This document shows, in pieces, positions 28,381-37,897 of a stretch of DNA of 64,000 nucleotides; position 1 is the stretch's first letter; every line of letters begins with the position of its first letter. The stretch is from Minisyncoccota bacterium (GTDB taxonomy: Bacteria > Patescibacteriota > Minisyncoccia > Phycocordibacterales > UBA9973): assembly GCA_035994985.1 (NCBI GenBank), contig DASYKZ010000013.1:1834-65833 (forward strand), written 5' to 3'. Below the pieces are notes generated by a model. That model saw only the letters and a list, made by a program, of their open reading frames with translations. It was not told the origin of the DNA and made no database searches. The position numbers and the translations under genes are program-made.

Positions 28381-29430
28381 ATGTTAACAAAAACCGAAAT
28401 ATTAAAAATAGCGAAAGAGAAGGATAAACTTTACTCTAAGGATTTAGTGTTGCAGTTTAAGGTCTCTAGGCAATATGTTAATCTTTTGATATCCATGCTA
28501 GTCGGAGAGCGTAAACTTGTAAAAATCGGCTCTACAAGAAAAGCATTTTACGTTCTTCCTGAATACGCACAAAAACATCAAGAAATATTTCCGCTTATAT
28601 ATTCTAAATCATTTAAAAATGAGGGACTTGAAGAGCATAGAGTTATAAGTCAAATAGAAGAGACTTTCCCGACATTAAAAAATCTTCCAGAAAACATACG
28701 TAGTATTTTTACCTATGCGTTTTCAGAAATGTTTAACAATGCAATTGAGCACTCCAAATCTGTGCGTATAGGGGTAGAAGTATCTATCCCTAAAAAAGAA
28801 CTTTCTTTCATTATACAAGACTCAGGCATAGGCGTTTTTCGTAACGTTATGAAGGAGCGAGGTCTAAAGTCTGAAATAGAAGCAATTCAAGATATTTTAA
28901 AAGGAAAGACGACAACTATGCCCAAATCTCATTCAGGTGAAGGTATATTTTTTACGTCAAAGTCTGGAGATGTTTTTATTCTCGATAGTTTTGGTTATCA
29001 ATTAATTGTAAATAATAAGACACCAGATGTTTTCATAAAGACTGTTAGAAAAATAAAAAGAGGCACTCGGGTAATGTTTAAAATCTCTGCTTTATCAGAT
29101 AGACATTTACAAGATGTTTTTAAAAAATATACAAACCTAGATGATAAAAGTGATTATGGTTTTGACAAGACGGAAATAAGAGTGAAACTTTATACTATTG
29201 GCGGTGTCCATATTTCTCGTTCACAAGCACGGCGAGTCTTAGACGGTCTTGAAAAATTCAAGATAATTGTTTTTGATTTTGAGCAAGTTTCTACGGTAGG
29301 ACAGGCATTTGCTGATGAAGTTTTTAGAGTTTTTCATCATAAATATCCAAAGATTAAGCTTGAAGTAGAAAATATGAATGAGGGGGTAAAATTTATGATT
29401 GAAAGAGCACAGAATGAAGCTTCCATATAA
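28381..29430 (+). CDS. wHTH - GHKL ATPase - STAS-like (DUF4325) protein
   Basis: N-terminal HTH (VSRQYV), N-box EMFNNAIEHS, DSGIG, HSGEGIF, C-terminal SRSQAR...GQAFADEVFRV. Confidence 0.85.
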   Translation: MLTKTEILKIAKEKDKLYSKDLVLQFKVSRQYVNLLISMLVGERKLVKIGSTRKAFYVLPEYAQKHQEIFPLIYSKSFKNEGLEEHRVISQIEETFPTLKNLPENIRSIFTYAFSEMFNNAIEHSKSVRIGVEVSIPKKELSFIIQDSGIGVFRNVMKERGLKSEIEAIQDILKGKTTTMPKSHSGEGIFFTSKSGDVFILDSFGYQLIVNNKTPDVFIKTVRKIKRGTRVMFKISALSDRHLQDVFKKYTNLDDKSDYGFDKTEIRVKLYTIGGVHISRSQARRVLDGLEKFKIIVFDFEQVSTVGQAFADEVFRVFHHKYPKIKLEVENMNEGVKFMIERAQNEASI

Positions 29431-29447
29431 GTATTAAAATTATAAAC

Positions 29448-30074
29448 ATGCCACACATTTTATTACATATTACTGACCCGGAAAAGATTTACTCAGAAAT
29501 TTCAAAAGCCCTTTTACCGCACAAGGAAAAAGAGGTTGCTTCCATGGTCTTTATCGTCGAAGGTTCTCTCGAAAATCCACGAATCGCCATACGATATCCC
29601 GGCAGAAAATTAGTAAAGAGAAACCTCACCTATCCGAGGGCAAACTCATCCCTATGGGCAAATCTTCTTGATTTTGAAGTGATTCCTTTCAATCAAGGTG
29701 AACAAGGAAACTCTAAAATTTTTACGTACGCAAATTTACTTAAAGACTTTGAGCTGTATAAAAAAGATAATAATCTTTTTTGGCAGATGCTGGAGGAACT
29801 ATATAATAAAAATACGATTACCAAAGAGCCACCAAAGCTTGAGGGTATAGACTCAAGACAATTTTTAGAAATGCTCAAATGGATGTGGCTTCAGGAAGAT
29901 TTAAATTACAAATTGTCTTGGCAGGAAGTCGGCTCTGAAATACCATATAGACTTCAAAATAAAACAGGAGGTCTTACCAGCAAGGGTGCCGGACGTGCAA
30001 AATTTTTTGCCGCTCTTGTTCTACTTAAAAACAATTACTTTGATTATAATACTGTTAGAAAAATAATACCTTAA
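29448..30074 (+). CDS. Hypothetical protein, candidate restriction enzyme
   Basis: Convergent with and overlapping an amino-MTase by 4 bp; LDF...WLQEDLNY could be a divergent nuclease motif. Confidence 0.45.
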   Translation: MPHILLHITDPEKIYSEISKALLPHKEKEVASMVFIVEGSLENPRIAIRYPGRKLVKRNLTYPRANSSLWANLLDFEVIPFNQGEQGNSKIFTYANLLKDFELYKKDNNLFWQMLEELYNKNTITKEPPKLEGIDSRQFLEMLKWMWLQEDLNYKLSWQEVGSEIPYRLQNKTGGLTSKGAGRAKFFAALVLLKNNYFDYNTVRKIIP

Positions 30075-31171
30075 GCTATTTTCTTGCCGCGCGGCCCTAG
30101 TTTATGAGTTTCGTCTATATAGCCCTTTTTTAAACGGTCATTTATGATGTCGCAATATTTTTTATCAATTTCTGCAGATATAAAGTTGCGATTCAGTTTT
30201 TTACAAACATCTATTTCTGCACCGCTCCCGCCAAAGAGAACAAAGACTGTATCTTTTGGCTTCGTCGCCCCTTTGATTAGCATCTCCGTCAATTTCTGAG
30301 GAATTTGGCAGGCGTGATTAGTTTTTTCTTTACTTACATTTTTTACCAGATTAAATTCAAACCAAGAGTACGGCATCCTGCCCTTGGAGCCATTTGCTAT
30401 ATTTTGCTTTACTCTTTTGTCCGTCGGATTTTTATAAGGAAGCGCCACAGCATCTTTGAAAAATTTATTGTGAGCACTTTTCCGTACGTGTAAAATACTT
30501 CGATGAGCTGTGGTAAATCTCCTCGGCGTATGTCCTACGTTTGTATTGTACACCCAGACATATTCATTGATATTTGGAAAAAGTAAATCAAGATACTTCA
30601 CCCGCAAGTGCGCATTCTGCTTGGGGTAATTGAGCATAAAAAGATTACCATCGGGCTTGAGGACACGCATAGACTCTTTAGTTAACTCTATATACCAGTT
30701 TATATAATCTTCAAATTTTCTAGTGTAATTATTTTCATTGTACTTTATGCCTACATTGTAATCAGGATCACCAAAAATCATATCTACACTGTTGTCTGGT
30801 AAATTTTTTAAAACGTGCATGACATCTCCGTTGTAAACTTTGTTCAAGTAATCAGATACTTTACCTTTTTCTTTCAAGTTATTTTTAACGGGCAGTATGA
30901 AGCCTGGAGTAACCATAGTATCTTGCTGTGACATTAAGTCCTTCATTGATTTCAATAGACGAATTGAGTGTTTTACACCTTTTTCTTTTACCAGATAGCC
31001 TTTCCTTTCTAAATAATCTACGTGTTGGTGCGCAGTAGGGATAGATACATTAAAATGACCTGCTATGTCACTTAAAGCAGGGGAATAGCTGTTTTTTTGT
31101 TGGAATTTATCCAAGTAATCAAAAAGCTGCGCTTGTTTTTTTGTAAGTTGTGAGTTTAATATTTTTGACAT
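30071..31171 (-). CDS. LexA-type wHTH fused to a beta-class N4/N6 DNA methyltransferase
   Basis: LTKKQ...YSP...IA.HF.VS..TAHQHV..LERKGY; motif IV DPDY precedes motif I LFGGSG. Confidence 0.9.
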   Translation of the reverse strand: MSKILNSQLTKKQAQLFDYLDKFQQKNSYSPALSDIAGHFNVSIPTAHQHVDYLERKGYLVKEKGVKHSIRLLKSMKDLMSQQDTMVTPGFILPVKNNLKEKGKVSDYLNKVYNGDVMHVLKNLPDNSVDMIFGDPDYNVGIKYNENNYTRKFEDYINWYIELTKESMRVLKPDGNLFMLNYPKQNAHLRVKYLDLLFPNINEYVWVYNTNVGHTPRRFTTAHRSILHVRKSAHNKFFKDAVALPYKNPTDKRVKQNIANGSKGRMPYSWFEFNLVKNVSKEKTNHACQIPQKLTEMLIKGATKPKDTVFVLFGGSGAEIDVCKKLNRNFISAEIDKKYCDIINDRLKKGYIDETHKLGPRGKKIA

Positions 31172-31192
31172 ATATGTACTGTATATTATAAT

Positions 31193-31212
31193 ACCTAAAC
31201 ATAACCTAAACA
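31193..31212 (-). promoter_or_regulatory. Direct-repeat candidate operator
   Basis: ACCTAAACA twice at 11-bp spacing, just upstream of the minus-strand TATAAT. Confidence 0.45.
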
Positions 31213-31331
31213 AGAGGTTTATCCACAAGAACAGGATTAAAAAGCACTGAAGCTCAATTAAGATGGTTGCGGTAGGGGGGGATTGAAGTTATAGAGTTTT
31301 TTAAGTATAATTCATAAAGCGAAATAATTTA

Positions 31332-33185
31332 ATGCGATATATAGGAAATAAGACAAGACTAATTAACAACATATCTGATTTTGTTAAAGATAATAATATA
31401 AAAGGTAAATCTTTTTGTGATATTTTTTCGGGCACAGGCAGCGTGAGTGATTTTTTTAAATCAGATTATAAGATAATAGCGAACGATTTCTTATTTTGTT
31501 CAGCAGTAATAACAAGAGCCAAAATATATAATAACAAGGAACCGAAATTTAAAAAATTTGTAGATAAATATGGGATAGACCCATTTAATTATTTTAGAAA
31601 TAAAACACATATTTACAAAAAACATTATTTTGTTACAAATAACTATTCACCAAAAGCAAATCGTAAATTTTTTTCCGAAGAAAACTCTATTGCGATAGAC
31701 TCGATTAGAATTGAAATTGAAGAAATTTATAAAAATTTTATTTTTGATGAGAAAGAGTATTATTTTTTGTTGGGAAGTTTGCTGGAAAGTGTAATGAGTT
31801 TTTCTAATACAAGTGGTACCTATGAAGCATTTCTCAAAACATGGGACAAAAGAGCTCTAAAAAAGTTTTTTTTATCTCCAATTAAAATCAATGAAACTAA
31901 GGTTGTAAATGTTGATAATAAAGTATATAACGAAGACGCTAATTCTTTAATTAGAAAAATTGGTGGCGATGTGCTGTACATAGACCCCCCTTACACAATT
32001 ACAGAATATTCATCTGCTTATCATGTATTAGAAACTATTGCTCGTTATGATTATCCTGAAGTAGCTGGAATTACTGCACGCAGAATAGATAATGATAAAA
32101 AATCATCTTATACAAGAGTAAAGACTGCACTCATGTCTTTCGAAGATTTAATAAGACAAGCTCAGTTTAACGATATAATCATAAGTTATAGCAATCAGTC
32201 AATTATACCCTTAAAAGAATTAGAAAAAATGTTATCTCGTTATTCTATAGATGGAAAAATTAACAAAAAACTTATTAATTATAGAGAGTATAGAAACATC
32301 CGCTCAAGCAAAAAAACTCCAGGATTGTTTGAGGTTTTAATTCATATTAAGAAGAACAATGAAATTATTAAGTCTCCCTTGAATTATTCTGGAAGCAAAG
32401 ATAATTTAATGAATCAAATTCATAAGTACTTACCGGAACATATAACCACTTTTGTTGATGTGATGGGAGGAGCTTTTAATGTAGGGGTAAATATTATTGC
32501 TGATGAAGTTATTTATAATGAGTACAATCCTTTTGTTTATGAATTGATAAAAAAATTATTGAAATCAAATTCAAAAGAAACTATAAAATATATAGAAAAT
32601 AAAATTAGTATACATTCCTTAAAGAAAGGTAACTCACTAAAGTATAATATTTTCAGAAATATATATAACAAATCTAAAAAATCGTTAGATTTGTTTATTC
32701 TAACAACCTTTTGTTTTCAAAATCAAATACGGTTTAATTCGTCTCTAGATTTCAATACACCAGTTGGGAATTGTGCGTATAACTCGACTATTCGAGATAG
32801 GCTTGAAAAATTCAAACCAAAAACAAAAAAAATAAGATTTTTAAATGAAGATTTTTTGAAGATAAATTTTAATAAATACGACAAAGAAATATTATTTTAT
32901 TTTGATCCACCTTATTTTATTACTAATGCAACCTATAATGATGGAAAAAGGGGATTTAATGGTTGGGATGCAGATTTAGAGGCAAAAATGTTAGAATACA
33001 TTTCAGCTGTTCATAATGGCGGTTTCAGATTTATTCTATCAAACATTTTATACCATAAGAATAAAGAAAATCATTTATTATTAGAATGGATAGAGTCACA
33101 CAATTTTAACATTGTTGAATTACAACACCCCACTCGAAAGGAGGTTTTAATTACTAACTATAATTTAAATAATGGTATAAGATAA
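31332..33185 (+). CDS. Fused double adenine methyltransferase (M.FokI-like, two D12-class domains)
   Basis: MRYIGNK..DIFSGTG..DPPY, then KSPLNYSGSK..DVMGGAF..DPPY. Confidence 0.92.
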   Translation: MRYIGNKTRLINNISDFVKDNNIKGKSFCDIFSGTGSVSDFFKSDYKIIANDFLFCSAVITRAKIYNNKEPKFKKFVDKYGIDPFNYFRNKTHIYKKHYFVTNNYSPKANRKFFSEENSIAIDSIRIEIEEIYKNFIFDEKEYYFLLGSLLESVMSFSNTSGTYEAFLKTWDKRALKKFFLSPIKINETKVVNVDNKVYNEDANSLIRKIGGDVLYIDPPYTITEYSSAYHVLETIARYDYPEVAGITARRIDNDKKSSYTRVKTALMSFEDLIRQAQFNDIIISYSNQSIIPLKELEKMLSRYSIDGKINKKLINYREYRNIRSSKKTPGLFEVLIHIKKNNEIIKSPLNYSGSKDNLMNQIHKYLPEHITTFVDVMGGAFNVGVNIIADEVIYNEYNPFVYELIKKLLKSNSKETIKYIENKISIHSLKKGNSLKYNIFRNIYNKSKKSLDLFILTTFCFQNQIRFNSSLDFNTPVGNCAYNSTIRDRLEKFKPKTKKIRFLNEDFLKINFNKYDKEILFYFDPPYFITNATYNDGKRGFNGWDADLEAKMLEYISAVHNGGFRFILSNILYHKNKENHLLLEWIESHNFNIVELQHPTRKEVLITNYNLNNGIR

Positions 33186-33190
33186 CAAAT

Positions 33191-34552
33191 ATGGAAGAAA
33201 ATATACTTAAAATAAATAAAAAATTTTACGACTCACTAAGTGAAGGTGATAACAAGAAAGTATTAAAAATTTATGGATATAACTCGCCAGACGAATTCTT
33301 ATCTGGCGTAATTAGTAAGTTGAATGAGGAATACAGTTTCTTGAAAATAAATAAGTTTAATTTTTTATCTACTGAGGAGATCGTCGACTATCATACATAC
33401 AACGGATTTATTAGTGGTAAATTTGTTGATTATGATTTAATCACAGTATCCTTTACTACAATAAAAGGTAAAGAAGGAAATGTGTTTATGAGTCAGCAAG
33501 TTATGCCGATGATAACGAGTAAGTTAAAAAATGATAAAAAATTTATATTGAGCAATAGAGTAAAGAAAATATGCTTACTAACAACACATAAATCTGATAT
33601 TTACTCACCTGACAAGAATATAATAACTGATAGTGGTATTTCAAATATTCAGATGAGTGTTAAATATATAAATACGATAGGCTTTGACATAGTTGATATT
33701 TTCCATATTAAGAACCTAAGCACGAAATCAAGATACTATAATATCGATGAATTAATTGATCACTCAAATTATTTACAGAAAAAAAATCCAACAAACTCAC
33801 AATTTCAACAAATAACAAAAAAAGATTATGTATATAGTGCTGATTTTGAAAATGAACCAGTTGGACAAGAAGTTAAATTTTTTGCCTTAAAATTATATGC
33901 AGCAGTTATTTTATTAAAAGGCAGAAATATCCATATTGATAATGCATTACAGAAAAGCAATGATATTACTCTGCAGGTTTTAAATGATTTTATTCAATAT
34001 CTCTTAAACATTGATATATCTTTATACAATATATTCAAGGATTTATCCGAAGAAATAGAATATGAGACAGAAATTGACACAAGTACAATGCCTGAAGAAG
34101 CAGTTAGACCTAAAAAAGATGATTCCATGCCTGGTCATAAACAACAACCAATATATAGCTTTAATGCAAAAGGACGAAAAATATACAAAACACAAAGAAT
34201 ATTCAAAAAGAATGCATTTGAAATTCATGGTTATTTTTGTGCTTGCCATGAAGAAAAACATTATTATTTCACATCTGAGGCAACTAATAAAAAATACGTT
34301 GAGGGTCATCACATGATACCAATGGAGTTCCAAGATCAATATTGGAAAGATAGGCAAATTAATCTTGATTGCACTATTAATTTAATTCCACTTTGCTCTC
34401 ATTGTCATGGGAAAATACATAAGTCCATTAAACCTGAACGAGTGCAGATAATCACAGAAGTTTATAATAAACACAAAGATCAACTACTTACAATAGATAG
34501 TAAACTTACATTTGATAAGTTCGCAGAACTCTATAACGTCTATATTTACTAA
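33191..34552 (+). CDS. HNH endonuclease, probable Type IIS restriction enzyme
   Basis: C-terminal CACH...VEGHHMIP...NLIPLCSHCHGKIH; directly follows the double MTase. Confidence 0.75.
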   Translation: MEENILKINKKFYDSLSEGDNKKVLKIYGYNSPDEFLSGVISKLNEEYSFLKINKFNFLSTEEIVDYHTYNGFISGKFVDYDLITVSFTTIKGKEGNVFMSQQVMPMITSKLKNDKKFILSNRVKKICLLTTHKSDIYSPDKNIITDSGISNIQMSVKYINTIGFDIVDIFHIKNLSTKSRYYNIDELIDHSNYLQKKNPTNSQFQQITKKDYVYSADFENEPVGQEVKFFALKLYAAVILLKGRNIHIDNALQKSNDITLQVLNDFIQYLLNIDISLYNIFKDLSEEIEYETEIDTSTMPEEAVRPKKDDSMPGHKQQPIYSFNAKGRKIYKTQRIFKKNAFEIHGYFCACHEEKHYYFTSEATNKKYVEGHHMIPMEFQDQYWKDRQINLDCTINLIPLCSHCHGKIHKSIKPERVQIITEVYNKHKDQLLTIDSKLTFDKFAELYNVYIY

Positions 34553-34638
34553 AATCGTAGGAGTATTTTAATTGTTTTAATTTTTAAATAAGTTTCAACA
34601 TTGCCCCAAACTCTCAACAACTATGCTAAAATTATTCA

Positions 34639-35034
34639 ATGTTATTGAATAGAATTTTGGATTTCAATATACTTGTACTGCGGAAGAAAAAGTATACACG
34701 GTGGGACTATAAAAAATACAAGGAGGAAGCTCGGGCTTTGGTTCGTGAGAAGATTGCCCGACTGAATGCGCACTATGGTTTCAAAGTAGGGAAGGTGGCG
34801 ATACGGGATACAAAGTCCCGCTGGGGCAGCTGCTCAAAGCAGGGGAATTTGAATTTCAATTATAAAATTTTATTTCTTCCGTCGCATATTGCCGACTATA
34901 TTATTGCGCACGAATTGTGCCATTTGAAGGAATTTAATCATTCTGTAAACTTTTGGAACTTGGTCAATGAGGTGGCACCAAATCACAAGGCTATCCGGGC
35001 CGAACTCAAGCGGACTGCGCATCTTTACCGATAA
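34639..35034 (+). CDS. YgjP/DUF45-like zinc metallohydrolase
   Basis: KSRWGSCS, AHELCHL..NHS..FW. Confidence 0.9.
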   Translation: MLLNRILDFNILVLRKKKYTRWDYKKYKEEARALVREKIARLNAHYGFKVGKVAIRDTKSRWGSCSKQGNLNFNYKILFLPSHIADYIIAHELCHLKEFNHSVNFWNLVNEVAPNHKAIRAELKRTAHLYR

Positions 35035-35039
35035 AAAAT

Positions 35040-35066
35040 TGTAATTAATTTGTATTTTATACGTCT
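35040..35066 (+). promoter_or_regulatory. ECF-type promoter
   Basis: TGTAAT-N16-CGTCT. Confidence 0.65.
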
Positions 35067-35111
35067 TATATTATTATAAGGTCGCTTTTATTAATCAACA
35101 ATAATAAAAAC

Positions 35112-35459
35112 ATGAATTCTTATAATTATATAACTACAGAAGAAAAAGTTTACGACGAAGGGCTGGTCACCTGGTATCTCCTTGATTTGGTCCAGCTTCT
35201 TTTAATATTCCGCTTCTTCTTAAAGCTTGCCGGCGCAAACCCTGTCGGCATGTTTACGAATTTTATTTATCAGGTTACAAATGTGCTCGTCTCTCCGTTT
35301 GTCGGCATTGCAAACTCCATATCCATACAAAATGCCGGAGTGTTTGAGTGGAGTTCTTTCTTTGCCATATTTGTGTATTATCTCGTGGCTGTAGCTATAA
35401 TCAGGCTCTTTTTTACGAGCAGAGTAGTCTCGCTGCACCAGCAGGCCCAAGTAAAATAA
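35112..35459 (+). CDS. YggT-like membrane protein (paralog of 26402)
   Basis: LIFRFFLKLAGANP...FIYQVT..LVSPF...FEW. Confidence 0.8.
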   Translation: MNSYNYITTEEKVYDEGLVTWYLLDLVQLLLIFRFFLKLAGANPVGMFTNFIYQVTNVLVSPFVGIANSISIQNAGVFEWSSFFAIFVYYLVAVAIIRLFFTSRVVSLHQQAQVK

Positions 35460-35463
35460 TCTT

Positions 35464-35598
35464 ATGATTACCAAACGCAAAGAGGGATACCATGTGGTTT
35501 CCGAGAAGGGGAAGAACCTAGGCGGGCCATATAAGACCCGGGCAGAGGCGGCAAAGCGCTTACAGCAGGTGGAGTACTTTAAGCACAAAAAGAAATAA
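35464..35598 (+). CDS. 44-aa basic small protein (missing from ORF track)
   Basis: MITKRKEGYHVVSEKGKNLGGPYKTRAEAAKRLQQVEYFKHKKK, exactly filling the intergenic gap. Confidence 0.75.
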   Translation: MITKRKEGYHVVSEKGKNLGGPYKTRAEAAKRLQQVEYFKHKKK

Positions 35599-35632
35599 AG
35601 GCAAAAAATAGGAAAAGTGCTATAATTTCTAC

Positions 35633-36124
35633 ATGATTACAAAAGATGAATATATTAAAAGTTTGGTTCACGAGATAGATATTATCAAGCACCTGTACAC
35701 GAAGATAGACGCCAGTAAATTGGATTATCGGCCGACGCCAAAACAGCGCTCGACCTTGGAGCTGCTCCAATACTTGGGGCAAGCTGTGCATACTCCTATT
35801 AGCGCTTATATTGCCGGCAATCAGGAAAAATACATCGAGCTTATGGGAAATAAAGAGCTCGTTACCTATGAAAATTTTATCCAAAAGATGGATGAACAGG
35901 CAGCCTTTGTGAAAGAAACTGGGGGCACTCTCTCCGAAGAAGACCTAAAAAAAGAATCTACGATTTTTGGACACACGGCTAGTCTGGCTATGCACCTGCT
36001 CCATACCCTGCAATCAGTCACTGCTTATAAGATGCAGCTATTTCTGTATATAAAAGAAAGCGGCAATGCGGACATAGGCACGAGTAATGTATGGGCCGGA
36101 AAGGATGCGCCGGTAAAGGGATAG
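35633..36124 (+). CDS. DinB/YfiT-like four-helix protein
   Basis: LDYRPTPKQRSTLELLQYL...YKMQLFLYIK. Confidence 0.75.
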   Translation: MITKDEYIKSLVHEIDIIKHLYTKIDASKLDYRPTPKQRSTLELLQYLGQAVHTPISAYIAGNQEKYIELMGNKELVTYENFIQKMDEQAAFVKETGGTLSEEDLKKESTIFGHTASLAMHLLHTLQSVTAYKMQLFLYIKESGNADIGTSNVWAGKDAPVKG

Positions 36125-36126
36125 AT

Positions 36127-36153
36127 TGTAATAAAATTAACAGTTAGCCGTCA
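36127..36153 (+). promoter_or_regulatory. ECF-type promoter
   Basis: TGTAAT-N16-CGTCA, 8 nt before ATG 36162. Confidence 0.65.
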
Positions 36154-36161
36154 TGTCATAT

Positions 36162-36521
36162 ATGGAACACAACAAAGGAAATGCGGGCATTATCGCTTTA
36201 TTAGTAATTCTTCTTTTATTTGCAGGGTATCTTTACTATAACCCAAGCACCGGGTATCAGCGGGTATCCGGCACCAGTCTGACGGCTACTCCATATTATT
36301 CCACCTATCCTACAGTGCCGAGCTATTCTTCTTCCAATAGCCGGGCATACTCTTATTCTCAAACTCCAGCCAGAGCTTCTTCTGCGGGGTATTCGTACTA
36401 CACTGCTCCCGCTTCTACATACACGACCACGACGACATACCCATCGTATCCAGCTCAACAAAATTGCTACATCACGAGCTACAATCCATACGACGGCAGC
36501 CCCATCACTACGTGCCAATAA
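36162..36521 (+). CDS. Membrane-anchored Ser/Thr/Tyr-rich low-complexity protein
   Basis: N-terminal TM, S/T/Y/P-rich tail, terminal Cys pair; start reassigned using the promoter. Confidence 0.7.
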   Translation: MEHNKGNAGIIALLVILLLFAGYLYYNPSTGYQRVSGTSLTATPYYSTYPTVPSYSSSNSRAYSYSQTPARASSAGYSYYTAPASTYTTTTTYPSYPAQQNCYITSYNPYDGSPITTCQ

Positions 36522-36589
36522 AAATACCTGGCATGCAATAAAATAATTTAAATATTTTTAATCTTTCAAATATATAGTACAATTGCTGT

Positions 36590-37312
36590 ATGGCTGCTTT
36601 GCATAACCCGATAACTCATAGGGAAGAAAATAATTTTAAAACTAATTCCAGGCTCAATTGGCTGCGGGCGGCAGTCTTGGGTGCCAACGACGGTATCGTT
36701 TCGGTGGCATCTGTCGTCGTCGGCGTCGCTGGAGCTACGGATAGCCGAAGCTTTGTCTTGACTGCCGGTGTAGCGGCACTTGTCGCCGGAGCTTTGTCTA
36801 TGGCCGTGGGGGAGTATGTGTCGGTAAGCTCGCAACGTGACACCGAAAGAGCATTGCTTGCCAAAGAGCGCATCGAGCTCGAAACCATGCCCGAAGAAGA
36901 ACTGGAAGAACTTACGCAAATTTATGAAAAGAAAGGCCTGTCCCGGTCAACGGCTGAAGTAGTCGCCAAAGAATTGACGGCACATGATGCCTTTGCCGCG
37001 CACGTGGATGCCGAGCTGCATATCGACCCGGATGATTTGACCAATCCCATGCACGCGGCCTATGCCTCCGCTCTTGCTTTTTTCTCCGGAGCCATCATTC
37101 CCATCTTGGCTATTCTTTTATCATCTGCACGGACGCATGTGCTGGCGACATTTATTTCTTGCATCATCGCCCTTATCATCACCGGAATGCTCTCGGCTTA
37201 TGTAGGCGGGGCAAACAAGCTCACCGCTACGGTGCGGGTAGTGCTCGGGGGAATATTGGCCATGCTCGTGACCTTTGGAATTGGGAAGCTGTTTGGCGTA
37301 TCCGGCGTCTAA
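36590..37312 (+). CDS. VIT1/CCC1 Fe/Mn transporter
   Basis: LRAAVLGANDG, SMAVGEYVSV, EELEEL..IY..KG. Confidence 0.93.
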   Translation: MAALHNPITHREENNFKTNSRLNWLRAAVLGANDGIVSVASVVVGVAGATDSRSFVLTAGVAALVAGALSMAVGEYVSVSSQRDTERALLAKERIELETMPEEELEELTQIYEKKGLSRSTAEVVAKELTAHDAFAAHVDAELHIDPDDLTNPMHAAYASALAFFSGAIIPILAILLSSARTHVLATFISCIIALIITGMLSAYVGGANKLTATVRVVLGGILAMLVTFGIGKLFGVSGV

Positions 37313-37331
37313 AAATATTTTGTAAATATAT

Positions 37332-37358
37332 TGTAAGTTTTTTTCATCTTGCACGTCA
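37332..37358 (+). promoter_or_regulatory. ECF-type promoter
   Basis: TGTAAG-N16-CGTCA; shares TCTTGCACGTC with the sigma gene's promoter. Confidence 0.7.
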
Positions 37359-37422
37359 TAATAAAATGTACGTGTTTTTTAATAAAGGTCATTTTATTAG
37401 CAATTAATATAAAAATAATAAT

Positions 37423-37575
37423 ATGGATCAAGATAATAATAACCAAAATAATAACGGACAAGGCATGGGGTCATCTTCCACAGACACCAAAACTTGCCCA
37501 AATTGCGGCAGCAGCATGTCCAAGAAAGGCGATAAATGGATGTGCGACAATTGCAAAAACGAAATGTCTGCTTAG
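37423..37575 (+). CDS. 50-aa zinc-ribbon small protein (missing from ORF track)
   Basis: MDQDNNNQNNNGQGMGSSSTDTKTCPNCGSSMSKKGDKWMCDNCKNEMSA, CxxC-x12-CxxC. Confidence 0.75.
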   Translation: MDQDNNNQNNNGQGMGSSSTDTKTCPNCGSSMSKKGDKWMCDNCKNEMSA

Positions 37576-37605
37576 AGATTATTAACCTAACCTTAAATCA
37601 ATCAT

Positions 37606-37761
37606 ATGCTTACAACAATCGCAATCGTTTTAGTCGCGCTATGGCTTCTGGGCTTCGTTGGTTTTCACGTGCTCGGCAGCTTTATTCATATTCTTTTGGT
37701 AATAGCGATTATCCTTTTCCTCGTACGCCTTATCCAAGGGAGGAATCCTATAGCCAGCTAG
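37606..37761 (+). CDS. 51-aa lmo0937/DUF5670-family membrane protein (missing from ORF track)
   Basis: MLTTIAIVLVALWLLGFVGFHVLGSFIHILLVIAIILFLVRLIQGRNPIAS; paralog of 26221. Confidence 0.85.
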   Translation: MLTTIAIVLVALWLLGFVGFHVLGSFIHILLVIAIILFLVRLIQGRNPIAS

Positions 37762-37762
37762 G

Positions 37763-37789
37763 CGTAAGAAACTTAAATCTCAATCGTCA
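37763..37789 (+). promoter_or_regulatory. ECF-type promoter
   Basis: CGTAAG-N16-CGTCA. Confidence 0.65.
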
Positions 37790-37897
37790 ATATTACATAG
37801 TTAGCCTCGACTGAAAAACTGGGATTTATTCTGGTAGACAAGTCGGGGCTAACGACGTTTAAGGCGACATTATTAATATATAATCAATATAAATTTT

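Noticed and set aside
28300-34640. Integrative element or prophage carrying the R-M island
   Set aside because: No integrase, transposase, tRNA or flanking att repeats seen.
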